Shown here: one piece after another, positions 50,901-62,907 of the stretch
Numbering within the stretch: the first letter of the stretch is position 1
Layout: each line of letters begins with the position of its first letter
Assembly (NCBI RefSeq): GCF_028641065.1
Contig: NC_073396.1
Span: 10,602,001 to 10,666,000, forward strand
Length of the DNA: 64,000 nucleotides
Reading direction: 5' to 3'
From: Leucoraja erinacea
Lineage: Eukaryota
Notes under the pieces: generated by a model
The model's input: only the letters and a program-made list of their open reading frames with translations
What the model was told of the DNA's origin: nothing
The model's database searches: none
Program-made: the position numbers and the translations under genes

Positions 50901-53900
50901 CTTGCAAATGGCAATTCCAGCAAGACCAATTCCACTACCCAACTCCAAAATGGTCCTGATACAAAGTGATTAGATACATTGTGATTAGATAGATCTAAAC
51001 AATTAGATACATCGTAATGAGATAGATCATTAGCCACATGTTGAAGACTGATAATTATCCAAACAATTAATTTTATTTTGAACAAGCCTCCAAGCAGTTT
51101 CTAATTCACATGTAACCTTGAATGTTATGGTACCCAGTTAAATTTGCACTGACAAAAAAACTTAGTTGAAGGACATGTAATTGGCAAGACCATATTTGGA
51201 GTACATTGTGCAGTTCTGCTCATCCAGTTATAGAAGGATGTCTTTAAAGTGGAATGGGTGCAGAGAAGATTCACAAGGATGTTACCAGGACTGGAGGTCT
51301 TGAGTTACATGGAGGGGGTGGATAAGCTGGGGCTGTTTTCACTGGAGCCTAGGGGGCTGAGGAGCAACCTTACAGAGGCATATGAAATCAGTGGGGTATA
51401 AATAAGGTGGATGTTCCCTAGGGTCAGGGAGTCTAAAACAATGGGGCAGATTCAATGCAAGAAGGAAAAGCTTTAAAAGGATATGAGGGGCAACATTTTC
51501 AATGCAGGTGGTAGTCTTTATATGAGATGAGCTGCTGGAGAAAGCTGTAGAGGCGGGTACAACATTTACATTTAACATTACAACATTTAAAATACATTTA
51601 GACAGAAACATGGATAGGAAAGGTTTCGAGGGATACGAGCCAAACACAGGCAAATGGAACTAGCTCAGAAAAATATTGTAGGAGCCATTTATGCTTAAGT
51701 CAGTATATTATAACCATGTCTAGATATTTCTAATTATTATCTGTATGTACGCTGGTAGGGGGGGATTTGATATGTAGAGGGGTGTGTGTCTACATCTGGA
51801 GAGGCTTGCGCAGACTCAGAGATTTAGTTTAGTTTGCCTCGAGGGATGGTGAGGACAAGTTTTTATCAGGATCTCAATCACGTTCATGAGACGCCACACG
51901 GAAGAAAGTTTGTAAGAACGAAAAGTTATGAATTACTTCTTTGTTTTGTACTACAATAAATACTAATTAATTAAGAGACAATGACTGGAGGATTCGTTTC
52001 TTACTATATGCAATGTGAGTGTGGCGAGTGCGTAAGCAATGTCTCCACCACATCCCAGAGAAGTAACGGCTATCGAAGTTGGACTTTGAGAAGGTATAGA
52101 AACTGCCAAATATCTTGGTCAGCTTGGACAAGTTGGCCCAAAGAGTCTGATTCATGCTGTGAGTTTACGATTACATATGAAGAATGACCTATCGTATTTG
52201 GCGAGTTCCTCAAAAATAATTGAACAAGTCGAGACCATATCCAGATACCTCCTTATAAAACATGGGGGATTGTATTGAAAACTACAATGATTTAAAAAGG
52301 GAGAATATAATTGAACCCATAAAATGTACTTAAGGACAGCGAGATATAGTCCCTTTTCACAGGAATTAAATCCATTTCCATGGAAGCCATTTTTCTAATG
52401 CCAACAATTCTGACCTGCAGTTAAATACTTCAGGGTTTTCCATCGCCCATTCTGCAAAGTACAGTGCAGCTTCCCATGTGACCAGACCCGTGGTTCCTTC
52501 AGAGATTATTGCCACATTTTCAGCAAGGGTAATGTTCTCTCCTGACAACTGAACAATGATTTTCTTTTTTAAAAAAAAAGTCAAGACACTGAAGTATTCC
52601 TTTCCCTTTGCTCATTTTTGCACAATTAAATTACAAGATAATAAGAAATTATTTCACGCATTTCAACCTAACAACCGGGATGTATGCAAGGGGAATGAAG
52701 GCTTAGCCTCATCCTAATTCTCTGATGAGATTACATCAGACACACACAAGCACACACACATGATAAACAGTAACAGTATGAATGGGCAAGCACCACTGCC
52801 AAAGTAACAAATTGAAAGTCCTACATTGGCATATTGACAAGCAATATGGGCAAGTAAAATATTCAAAAGGAGAGATGGAGTTATTTTGATTATCTTCTCA
52901 TTAACTAAAGGAATATAGGCAATTCCACTGTATAATGAAATGATTTAACTGCCCATGTACCATAACCTTCAATATTCTTTGCCGCGAATTTGTTCTCCAG
53001 ACTGGCAAAAGATATATGATTTTCGACATGGATCGGTTCTGGGATCCAATGTTGTTCACCAATTACACAAATGTTTTCATTCATGGGGCAGAAGATTAGT
53101 AGATGAGATACACCATTGATTGAATTTATTGAGAAATTCATGAACAAATTAAAAGACATCAACAAGTTTGCAAAATGTACCACCAGGGGGGCACTGCACG
53201 ATTAGCAGCCCCGCCAACAGTCTGTTTTTTGGTCTATTGGGGGAAACCTTTTTTTTTCAGTTTCTTACCTTGCCCGAGATGCGATTGTTTTCCGGATCAC
53301 ATCTCTGGTTGCTCTGCGGCCTACCATAGATGGAGCTGGAGGCCTCCTTGGACTGACTTTGAGCCCCTCCGTGGGGCGTGAACTTAACATCAGAGTCGAT
53401 CCCTTGCCTAGGATTGCTCCAACCGCGGCCTGCGGACTTTACCATTGAGAGTTCGCAGTCTCGGGAGAGGCCGAGTCAGGAAGCTCCAATGACGCAGAGC
53501 CTCGACCAGCCCCGACGCAGGGTCCGATCACCGGTGCGGGGGAGCTGACATCCCCCCTGATGCAGGAGCTGATTGCCCCGATGCGGTGGGCCCAAACGCC
53601 GCCAGCAACGGCAGTCAACATCGTCCCGTCAATGGAGGGCTCAAGGCCCCCGACCGTGGGAGAGTAAAGAAGGGAAGATTTTTAACTTTTTTTCGCCATC
53701 CATCACAATGAGGAATGTGGAGCAGTCACTGTGGTGGATGTTAATGTTAAAATGCATTTTGTGTGTTCTATTCCTTTTTATTTGTATGACTGACTTGGCA
53801 AATGAAATTCCTCGTAAGTTGCAAAACATACTTGGCTAATAAAGTATTATTGTGATTGTGAATGTTTAACGATGGATGGATGACAGTAGAAATAAAAGTG

Positions 53901-56473
53901 TTGTTTTGGTAGGCGGAATATTAATGCCACATGGTCATCGGGAAATTAAAGTCTAAATGGAGCACAAGATCAAACTGCCTCAGATGAATGGATAGAATCA
54001 TTAAAAATTATGAAACAAATTACAGATCAGGAGTACTTAAAGGAGCAACCACAGTTCTGGAAAAAGGTCTTGTGGACAGATGAGACGAAGATTAACATAT
54101 CAGAGTGATGGCAAGAACAAAGTATGGGGGAGAGAAGGAACTGCCCAAGATCCAAAGCATACTACCTCATCTGTGAAACACACTGGTGGGGGTGTTATGG
54201 CCTGGGCATGTATGGCTGCTGAAGGTACTGGCTCACTTATCTTCATTGATGATTCAACTGCTGATGGTAGTAGCATAATGAATTCTGAAGTGTATAGACA
54301 CACCCTATCTGCTCAAGTTCAAACAAATGCCTCAAAACTCATTAGCCGGCGGTTCATTCTACAGCAAGCCAATGATCCCAAACATACTGCTAAAGCAACA
54401 AAGGAGTTTTTCAAACCTAAAAAAGTCAATTCTTGAGTGGCCAAGTCAATCACTCGATTTGAACCCAATTAAGCATGCCTTTTATATGCTGAAGAGAAAA
54501 CTGAAAAGGACTAGCTCTCAAAACAAGCATAAGTTAAAGATGGCTGCAAACAGGCCTGGCAGAGCATCACCAGAGAAGACACCCAGCAACTGGTGATGTC
54601 CATGAATCGCAGACTTCAAGCAGTCATTGCATGCAAAAGATATGCAACAAAATACTGAACATGACTACTTTCATTTACATGACATTGCTGTGTCCCAAAC
54701 ATTACCGTGCCCTGAAATGGGGGGACGATGTATAAACACTGCTGTAATTTCTACATGGAGAAACCAAAATGTATAAAAATGCCCTTTATTCAAATCTGAC
54801 AATGTGCACTTTACCCACATGTGATTTTTTTTTCTATTACAAATCTCAAATTGTGGAGTACAGTGGCAAATAAATAAATGATGGGCCTTTGTCCCAAACA
54901 TTATGGAGGGCACTGTGTGCTAAATAATATGAAATGAAATGAAATGAAATGAAATGAAATGATGAAATGATTCAATTTATCATTTCATTTCATTTCATAT
55001 TATTTAGCACACAGTGCCCTCCATAATATGTACTGGTTTTACAGTTTTACATTATTAATGTTACGATAACTTGAACGATTTTACTATTATTAATTGTGTC
55101 AGAAATATTTTATAATAGAATGAGTTGTACACTAACCAGAAAATAGTTCTTGTAACACATCAGTGAATCTTCTGATTTTAGCACTTCACCCAGTGCATCA
55201 TACAACTCATCTAGAGGCACAGCTCTTTCCCTTTCATGCTAGATTGAGAAAAAAATCATTTTAATGGATTATAATTTTATGGGGAAAATACACTAATAGC
55301 ATCCTAGAATATAGAAACAAGGAACTGCAGATGCTTGTTTACAAGAAAGACACAAAGTGCTGGAGTAACTCAACGTGTCAGCCAGCCTCTCTGGAGAAAA
55401 TGGGCAGGTGATATTTCGGGTCGGGACTCTTCATCAGTCTCCAGCACTTTGTGTTATCTTCTGATAACATCGGACAACTGCACCAAGTACACTCAATGGG
55501 ATTTGCCATTAACCAAATGTGTCATACATTGTAAAATTCCGTTACAGAATAACCGGCAGTGCATAAACTAGCATATTACTCATTTCAAGTAGGTTGATAT
55601 TTATATTTTATGATAAAAAAAATTACTCAATTTACAGCACCCATAGGTTTCTGACTGGAAATAATAATGAATAGTCTGTTGTAAAGTTTTTATTATTAGT
55701 TCAGCATTTTTTCCCCTGCATGCTTCAAACCTTGTTTACTGTAGTTGAAAAGAACATACCTTTTTAATCAGCTCCGATAGAAAAATTCTTCTGTACTTCA
55801 CCGATGGAGGATATTTTTTGCTAAGCGGATGAAGAATTGTCTAATAAAATAATTTGAAAAATAGGATGATACAAATGTTGTCTCAGTATTTTCCCCATCT
55901 CAAATCACACACCACAATACAATTTAAGAAGCAATTAGACATGGATATGACCGGTTTAGATGGGATATGAGCCAAACGCAGGCAGGTGTGACTGGTGTAG
56001 ATGGGACATCGGTGTGGGCAGGTTGGGCTGAAGGGCGTGTTTCCACGCTGTATGAATCTATTATTCAATTGAAGTCCAGTCCTACTTGCTGTAGGATCTT
56101 TGCTGTATACCTGCCACAAAATCTGATGCATTAAAGCGGGGTTCCTTTTGTTCCTCAGCCTCTCCTCAAGCTCCTGAAAAATAAATTAAAACAAAAACAG
56201 AGGTCACAATTTGAGAGAGCGGGGAGATTGGCTCAAGCCGAGTGGCGCGGGGGCGCTGGAGGGGGAGGGCTGGTGGAGGCCGGGCCGAGAGAAGGGCCGA
56301 GGCCGGGCCGAGGCGATCAGCGGGTCACTCACCGCCATGGGGAAGCTGTCCGGGTGACACATGGCGAAAAACAAGCGCTGGAAAGTAAGGATGAAGCGCC
56401 CGTCCTCCTGCTGCCGCCACTCGGGGCCGTGATCATTCTCCTCCTGCAGCCGCCAAGGCCCGCAGCTCACCAT
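47822..56473 (-). CDS. EEF2KMT: Protein-lysine N-methyltransferase EEF2KMT (FAM86A), 8 exons, 365 aa
   Basis: Exons 56333-56473, 56111-56173, 55760-55840, 55137-55238, 52415-52548, 50645-50955, 48702-48860, 47822-47928; 1098 nt in frame. FAM86 domain (PPSVKY..FLSELIKK, PLDELY), GTTGLVTWEAA, motif I LELGSGIGLAG, FSDCH, LDW, DIIY, TIRNPET. Confidence 0.95.
48702..48860 (-). CDS. EEF2KMT: EEF2KMT exon 7
   Basis: DIIYDPEVVICLV...STIRNPETYHQFKMEL. Confidence 0.92.
50645..50955 (-). CDS. EEF2KMT: EEF2KMT exon 6
   Basis: TILELGSGIGLAGIAICK..YIFSDCH..LDW. Confidence 0.95.
51160..51665 (+). mobile_element. CR1 LINE 3' fragment
   Basis: HLEY..QF..,VQRRFTRMLPGL and terminal CR1 motifs. Confidence 0.7.
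52415..52548 (-). CDS. EEF2KMT: EEF2KMT exon 5
   Basis: ITLAENVAIISEGTTGLVTWEAALYFAEWA. Confidence 0.96.
53184..53860 (+). mobile_element. Non-autonomous LINE-derived repeat (inverted relative of 60410-61135)
   Basis: Ends AATAAAGTATTATTGTGATTGTGA; long reverse-complement match to 60410-61135. Confidence 0.7.
54030..54915 (+). mobile_element. Tc1/mariner transposon 3' part (degenerate DD34E transposase plus right TIR)
   Basis: FWKKVLWTDETK, VKH.GGGVMAWACM, QQANDPKHTAK, EWPSQSLDLNPI; ends ...GGAGGGCACTG. Confidence 0.9.
54900..55027. repeat. 48-bp perfect inverted repeat with (GAAAT)n centre
   Basis: 54900-54947 is the reverse complement of 54980-55027. Confidence 0.92.
55137..55238 (-). 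CDS. EEF2KMT: EEF2KMT exon 4
   Basis: HERERAVPLDELYDALGEVL..CYKNYFL. Confidence 0.94.
55760..55840 (-). CDS. EEF2KMT: EEF2KMT exon 3
   Basis: TILHPLSKKYPPSVKYRRIFLSELIKK. Confidence 0.95.
56111..56173 (-). CDS. EEF2KMT: EEF2KMT exon 2
   Basis: ELEERLRNKRNPALMHQILWQ; 63 nt, phase 0. Confidence 0.88.
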
Positions 56474-56570
56474 CTCCCTCCCCCCCCGCCGCCAGCAACA
56501 GGGAGCGCTTCCCGCTCCTCTAGGATCTTTGCCGCTCACCGTCTGGAAGCAGCGACTTGCTGAGGTCCTC
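56215..56570. promoter_or_regulatory. CpG island at the EEF2KMT start
   Basis: High GC and CpG density. Confidence 0.7.
56333..56473 (-). CDS. EEF2KMT: EEF2KMT exon 1
   Basis: MVSCG...FILTFQRLFFAMCHPDSFPMA|GTGAGT; start codon choice uncertain. Confidence 0.82.
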
Positions 56571-56864
56571 GTTGACATTGTCTATAGTCTAGAGTGTTTT
56601 ATTGTCATGTCCCAATAGAACAATGATTTAATTTTTTTTAATTTGCAGCAGCACAACAGAATATGTAAACATTGTACACTAATCAATATAATAAAAGAGA
56701 AAAATATGACCACTGACATAAAGTCATAGATCAGAGAAAGATGCCCTTCGGTCTAACTTGCCTATGCTAACCAAGATGCCCCATCTAAGCTAGTCTTATT
56801 TGCTCACGTTTGGTCCATATCCCTCACTAAACCTTTCCTATCCATGTACCTGTCCAAGTGTTTT

Positions 56865-57320
56865 TTTAAGAAGGAACTGCAGATGCTGGAAAATCGAAGG
56901 TACACAAAAATGCTGGAGAAACTCAGCAGGTGCAGCAGAATCTATGCACCGAAGGAAATAGGCAACGTTTCGGCCAGAAACGTCGCCTATTTCCTTCGCT
57001 CCATAGATGCTGCTGCACCCACTGAGTTTCTCCAGCATTTTTGTGTACCAAGTGTTTTTTAACTTGTTTATAGAATCTGCCTCAACTACATCCTCTGGCA
57101 AACAAAAAATGCTGGAGAAACTCAGTGGCTGAGGCAGCATCTATGAAGAGAAGGAACTGGCGACGTTTCGGGTTGAGACCCTTCTTAGTCTGTAGAAGGG
57201 TCTCGACCCGAAACGTCGCCAATTCCTTCTCTCCATAGATGCTGCCTCACTCGCTGAGTTTCTCCAGCATTTTGTGTCTACCTTTGATTTTTCCAGCATC
57301 TGCAGTGCTTTCTTAAACAT
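56865..57320. mobile_element. Two Penelope-type foldback elements nested in a CR1 3' end
   Basis: Inverted arms CAAAAATGCTGGAGAAACTCAGC...GCTGAGTTTCTCCAGCATTTT; direct repeat CCAAGTGTTTTTT flanking the first. Confidence 0.7.
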
Positions 57321-57924
57321 ACCTACACTGGCAGCTTGTTCCAACTCCCCACCACTCTGCGTGGAAAAAGCTGCCCCTCAGGTTCATATTAAAATTTTCC
57401 ACTCTCACCTTCAACCTCTTCCCTGTCACCTTTAACCTATCCTTTAGGTTGGAAGAAGGGTCTCGACCCAAAACCTCACCTATCCATGTTCTCCAGGTGC
57501 TGTCTGACCTGCTGAGTTCCTTCCCCCTGATATCCCTACTTTCTAAGCCACGGGCCTTGTATGTCAAGAGGAAATACCTTACAGATGAAGAGCACAGTAG
57601 TGGTGCACTCTAAGACAGCTGTTCACATCCTATGACTGCAGAGGGCAATAACATCACATCCAAACCCTACTGCTCCAGAGTGCTGAAAAAAAATTGACAG
57701 AATTTGTTCTTTTACAGGAGCTTTGTCCAAACCCACTATCACTCCCCACCAAGTTTGGTCTTGGTCTCGTACATCAAATAACAGTAGTGCTTTACTTCTT
57801 CATCGCCAATAGAATTGCAAAATGGAATAATGAAGATCACATTATGGAAAGTTATGATGCAAATGGTTTTCTCGGAACACATCGCTGGGGATGTGCACAC
57901 ATTCCCATTGTCCGACGTAAGGAG

Positions 57925-59590
57925 AGACGGGTGAACACGAGGAAAGCTGTGGGCCCAGATGGCATCTCGGGGCGAGTACTCAAGTCCTGTGCTACGCAGC
58001 TAGCTCTGGTGCTCACTACAATATTCAATCTCTCCCTGGCCAAGTCCGTGGTCCCTGCCTGCTTCAAAAGATCCATCATTGTACCTGTACCTGAAAATGC
58101 CTCCCCAGCTGGTCTGAATGACTACCGTCCGGACGCCCTCATCTCGGTAGTCATGAAATGCTTTGAGAGGCTGGTCAAGGAACACATCTGCGCCTTCCTC
58201 CCTCGCAACATGGACCCGCTACAATTCGCATACTGTCCGAACAGATCCACGGACGAAGCGGTCTCCCAGGTTCTGCACACCGCTCTCTCTCACCTTGACA
58301 GCCAGAAGTGAGGGCTATGTGAGGATGCTGTTCATAGACTTCAGTTCAGCCTTCAACAAGCCTTTAGCCATGATCATATTGAATGGCGGTGCAGGCTCGA
58401 AGGGCCGAATGGCCTACTCCTGCACCTAATTTCTGTGTTTCTATGTTTCTATGTAACACGATAGTCCCCACCAGACTTGCTGACAAGCTGCTGGAATTGG
58501 GGCTCAACACCCTCCTGTGTGCCTGGGTCCTGGACTTTCTCACCACCGGGCCCCAGGCAGTCAAGATGGGAGGATATACATCGAAGTCCCTCACCCTGAG
58601 CACAGGATCCCCCCAGGGTTGAGTCCTCAGCCCCCTACTGTACTCCCTGTACACACATGACTGTACATGTTCAGCTCCAACTCAATAATCAAGTTTGCTG
58701 ATGACACTGTGGTGGTGGGCCTGATCTCAGACAACGATGAGAAGGCCTACCGGGAGGAGGTGGCTGACCTGGTACTCTGGTGTCAGGACAACATCCTCCT
58801 CTTGAATATCAAAAAAACTAAGGAGCTGATCGTGGACTTTAGGAAGGCACATCATCCGAGGACGTACACTCCATTGAAGATAAATGGGGATCCTGTGGAT
58901 AGGGTGAACTGTTTTAAATATCTGGGAGTCCACATCTCAGAGGATCTGACATGGACATCACACGCCGCAGCACTCGTGAGTAAGGCAAGGCAGTGCCTTT
59001 ACCACCTCAGGCAATTGAGGAAATTCAGAGTGTCTCTGAGGATCCTCCAGTGCTTCTACTCAGCGGCTGTGGAAAGCATCTTGTCCGGAAACATCACGAT
59101 TTGGTTTGGGAACTGCTCTGCCAAGGACAAGAAGGCTCTTCAGAGGGTAGTGTGTTCGGCCGAACACACTATGGGAACTCCACTCGCCCCTCTGCAGGAA
59201 CTATACATCAGAAGGTGCAACTCCAGAGCCAACAAGATCATGGGAGACCCCTTCCACCCCAGCAACAGACTGTTCCAGCTGCTACGGTCAGGCAAACGCC
59301 TCCGTTGCCATGCTATGAAAACGGAGAGGATGAGAAGGAGTTTCTTCCCTGAGGCCATTAGGACTGTAAACTCCTATCTCACCATGGACTAACTTTTCTG
59401 TACCAATTTATTGTTGTGTGGTGTCTTTTTAAAATTGCTGTTTTTTCTTTTTTTTTTTTCCTCCCACTAATATGTAATATGTGATTCTGTACCATTCTGT
59501 TTTGTAGTTTTTTTGCACAATCCACAAGCATTGCCACTTTTCATTTCACTGCACATCTCGTATGTGTATGACGAATAAACTTGACTTGAC
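57925..59590 (+). mobile_element. 5'-truncated Rex1/Babar LINE (RT pseudogene), interrupted by a CR1/SINE tail at ~58358-58454
   Basis: KAVGPDGISGRVLK, DPLQFAY, GSPQG, IKFADDTVVVGLI, FKYLGVHI; in-frame stops; tail AATAAACTTGACTTGAC. Confidence 0.92.
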
Positions 59591-60409
59591 ATGATATGGA
59601 CGTTGCCTTTATATCCATACATCAACCAAAATTTTAGTACGGTGTAATTAGTGAGGAATTTTATTAACCTATTTTACTATCCATCTATATTTTTTATTTA
59701 GTCTTTCCATCTATTTTTCTTGCAATCATTTATTTCATTTTACAGCGCTTTTACATCATTAGCAGAAGTTTCCATTATTTCAACAGCATAGAGTACAAAT
59801 GGTTATATTATCATTAAATGCATTAAAATAATCATTAACAACAGGATCGAGAAAACCTGTAATTAGTGTCCAAATTCAACTTGATCTAAATAAGGTATAA
59901 ATTCGTGCTCTGTGAAAGTTTCTGAATTTATTAAGAAATGAATCATTTGCTGGCTCAAAGTTGACGTTACTTCTTGTTAACCTCAGATCTATGCAACCAT
60001 TGGATTTTTACCTAAAAAATAATCATTAGTGGCTGGAAAATGGTGTCAGAGATTTTTTTTTCAAATCTAAATCAGTCCTATTATGTTACTGTTTTTAGGA
60101 TACCCTATAAAATGGAATGCTGTTTTCTCTATTTTGTACAACTCTTGGGAATATCTGGCCCTCGGCTACTCATAGAGGAGCAGCATTCAGAATGGCATTG
60201 AAAATCTCAAATCTCATACTGCCAGAGCACAGTCACAGGTAAGCCGTCCACAGTGTACAGATACAGGATAAAGGGAATAGCATTTAGTTCAAAATAAAGT
60301 CCGATTGAAGATAGTCCATGGGTCTCTAATGAGGTAAATGGTAGGTCAGGACCCCTCTCCACCATCTACCTCATTGGAAACCCTTGAACTATCTTTAATT
60401 GGACTTTAC

Positions 60410-61010
60410 AATCAATCATGCAATCACAATAATACTTTATTAGCCAAGTATGTTTTGCAACATACGAGGAATTTCATTTGCCAAGTCATTCATACAAATA
60501 AAAAGCAACAAAACACACAAAATATATTTTAACATAAACATCCACCACAGTGACTCCTCCACATTCCTTAACTGTGATGGGAGGCGAAAAAAAGTTCAAT
60601 CTCTTCCCTTCTTTGTTCTCCCATGGTCGGGGGCCTCGAGCCCTCCGTTGACGGGACGATCTTGACTCCCAATGTTTGGGCCCTCCGCATCTGGGCGATC
60701 AGTTCCTGCATCAGGGGGATGTCAGCTCCCCCTCGCTGGACGATCGAACCCCTCGTCGGGGCTGGTCGAACCTCTGTGTCATTTGAGCTCTACCGATTAG
60801 CCTCTCCCGAGACTGCGAGCTTGCGCTGGTAAAGTTCACAGGCCGCGGTTGGAGCGATCCCAGGCAAGGGATCGACTCCGATGTTAAGTCCACGCCCCGC
60901 GGTGAGGCTCAAAGTCAGTCCAAGGAGGCCTCCAGCTCCATCGATGGTATGCCGCAGAGCGATCCAGAAAAGAATTGCATTTCCGGCAAGGTAAGAAGCT
61001 GAAAAAAAGT

Positions 61011-61044
<34 letters not shown>

Positions 61045-61135
61045 ACATAAAACAAACTGGAGAACATACATACAGACTTTTAAAACACACTAAAAATTTA
61101 AAAAATATGAAAAAACAGACAGACTGTTGGCAGGG
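60410..61135 (-). mobile_element. Non-autonomous LINE-derived repeat
   Basis: Reverse-complement match to 53184-53860; internal poly-C run. Confidence 0.7.
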
Positions 61136-62302
61136 CTGTATCTTTTGTTGCTGGACTTTATCTTGCACTTAACATTATTCCATTTATCCTGTATCTGTAC
61201 ACTGTGGACGGCTTGATTGTAATCATGTATAGTCTTTCTGCCGCCTGCATAGCATTGAACAAAAAGCTTTTCACTGTACCTCGGTACACATGACCATAAA
61301 CTAAACTAAGTTTGGGAAGGATGATCTCACAAACTGCTCGCCCTATCAACATCGCCTGCCCCATTCCAAGGAAGAGTTCAGTTCTCACTTAGGCCTCATT
61401 GGAGTCATCTCAATACCAAAGGATTGCCAAAAAAGGAGTATGTAGTAGCAACTGCTCATTGTACTTCACTTTGAAATTCAATTCCATTAGTTTTGGATGT
61501 GTGGATGTAAAAACTACATTTTACTTGTTAATATATCATATAAAATATGCCTAAATAGGGCCCAAAAGTGAGATTTTGTTTCTCTTGTTTCCTTGTAGAT
61601 CAGAGAGAACAATTCTTCTGGGTACATAAGAAAAGCATTGTCCTACCTACACAAAAAACCACACAGATAAACAGATGGGTTTTTTTCTTTGGTCATATTA
61701 ATTAAAGGATTAAAATTGGTCAAGATACCAGGGGGTTGTCCTTACAGTTCTTTGAACAGTGCCTTAGAATATTCCCAAAGGTCAATTAATAACTATCTTA
61801 TCTGAAAGATGGTATTGAAGAAAAAGAAACGCATTCATTTTGCAATAAAATGCTCATTCAATTAATTTATGCCAATACATTGTTTTCATTTTACATAATT
61901 AAATCTCATATATTAATCAAATTTCCAAATTGGTGCTTCAGTTTTGAAGAAAAGAGAAAATTAATCATGTACCAATTACATTCTACTGAATAAATAAAGT
62001 AAATTATACAAAATGCAAATGGGAAAGGCAAATTGCACCTTATATTTTAAATTAGCATCTCCAGGAACTGAGATGATTCACCTCCATAAACCACAAACAT
62101 TTTCTGATGAAAGGTCATTATAGAAACATTGAAAATAGGTACAGGAGTAGGTCATTCGGCCCTTCGAGCCAGCACCGCCATTCAACATGATCATGGCTGA
62201 TCATCCAAAATCAGTACCCCTTTCCTGCTTTTTCCCCATACCCCTTGAAACCATTCGAGTTTCATTCTTTCATTTAGTTGAAAGGTTAAATGGCAAATAG
62301 TT

Positions 62303-62907
62303 TTTTTATTTTTTTATTTTTTATTTATTTTTATTAGAAGTACGGCAAGTTACAATAATACACAACACATATGTCTTAATACATTTTTTGTACCGCTTCA
62401 TTTTTTGAACTTTAAGGAAAAGATAGTAAAGGAAGTAAGGAAAGTGCGCAAGAGTCGTGAAGGTGCAGGAGAGTGTTGAGAAAAGAAAGCCCCTTAGAAA
62501 AGAAGTTAGAGAAGGAAGTAAAGAAAGAAAGTAGACCCTAGAAAAGAAGGAAAAAGAAAGTAGAAACAATCGCTCTATTATAATATTAAACTCCGCAGAA
62601 AGGGGGCTACCAATCAAGTCTATTTTTGTTGTTTTACCCCCCGTTGCCAGATCCTGATACCATTTATTTATTTATTTATTTATTTATTTTTTAAATCACT
62701 ATTGCACCTCATGCTTGTAATAGTTCCAAAAACGTAGACCACGTCTTTTGGAATCGGTCTGCTTTACCTGCTAAGAGGAATCTCATCTCTTCCAGATGTC
62801 GTGTTTCAAACATATTTGATATCCACATTTTTATTGTTGGTGTGGGCGCATTTTTCCAGAATTTAAGTATGAGCTTTTTTCCCATTATTAGCCCGTAATT
62901 GAGTAAA
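62303..62907 (-). mobile_element. L1/Tx1-type LINE 3' end with A-rich tail and 15-bp TSD
   Basis: ORF2 C-terminus-like KKLILKFWK..PT..MW...LE...F.KTW; TSD AAATGGCAAATAGTT at ~62288 and ~62908. Confidence 0.8.

Noticed and set aside
54080-54596. Active Tc1 transposase
   Set aside because: 5' part missing, frameshifted, catalytic residues altered (QQAND, NPIK)
58667-59392. 241-aa reverse-transcriptase ORF as a host or novel RT gene
   Set aside because: Part of a truncated Rex1 LINE with upstream stops and an internal insertion
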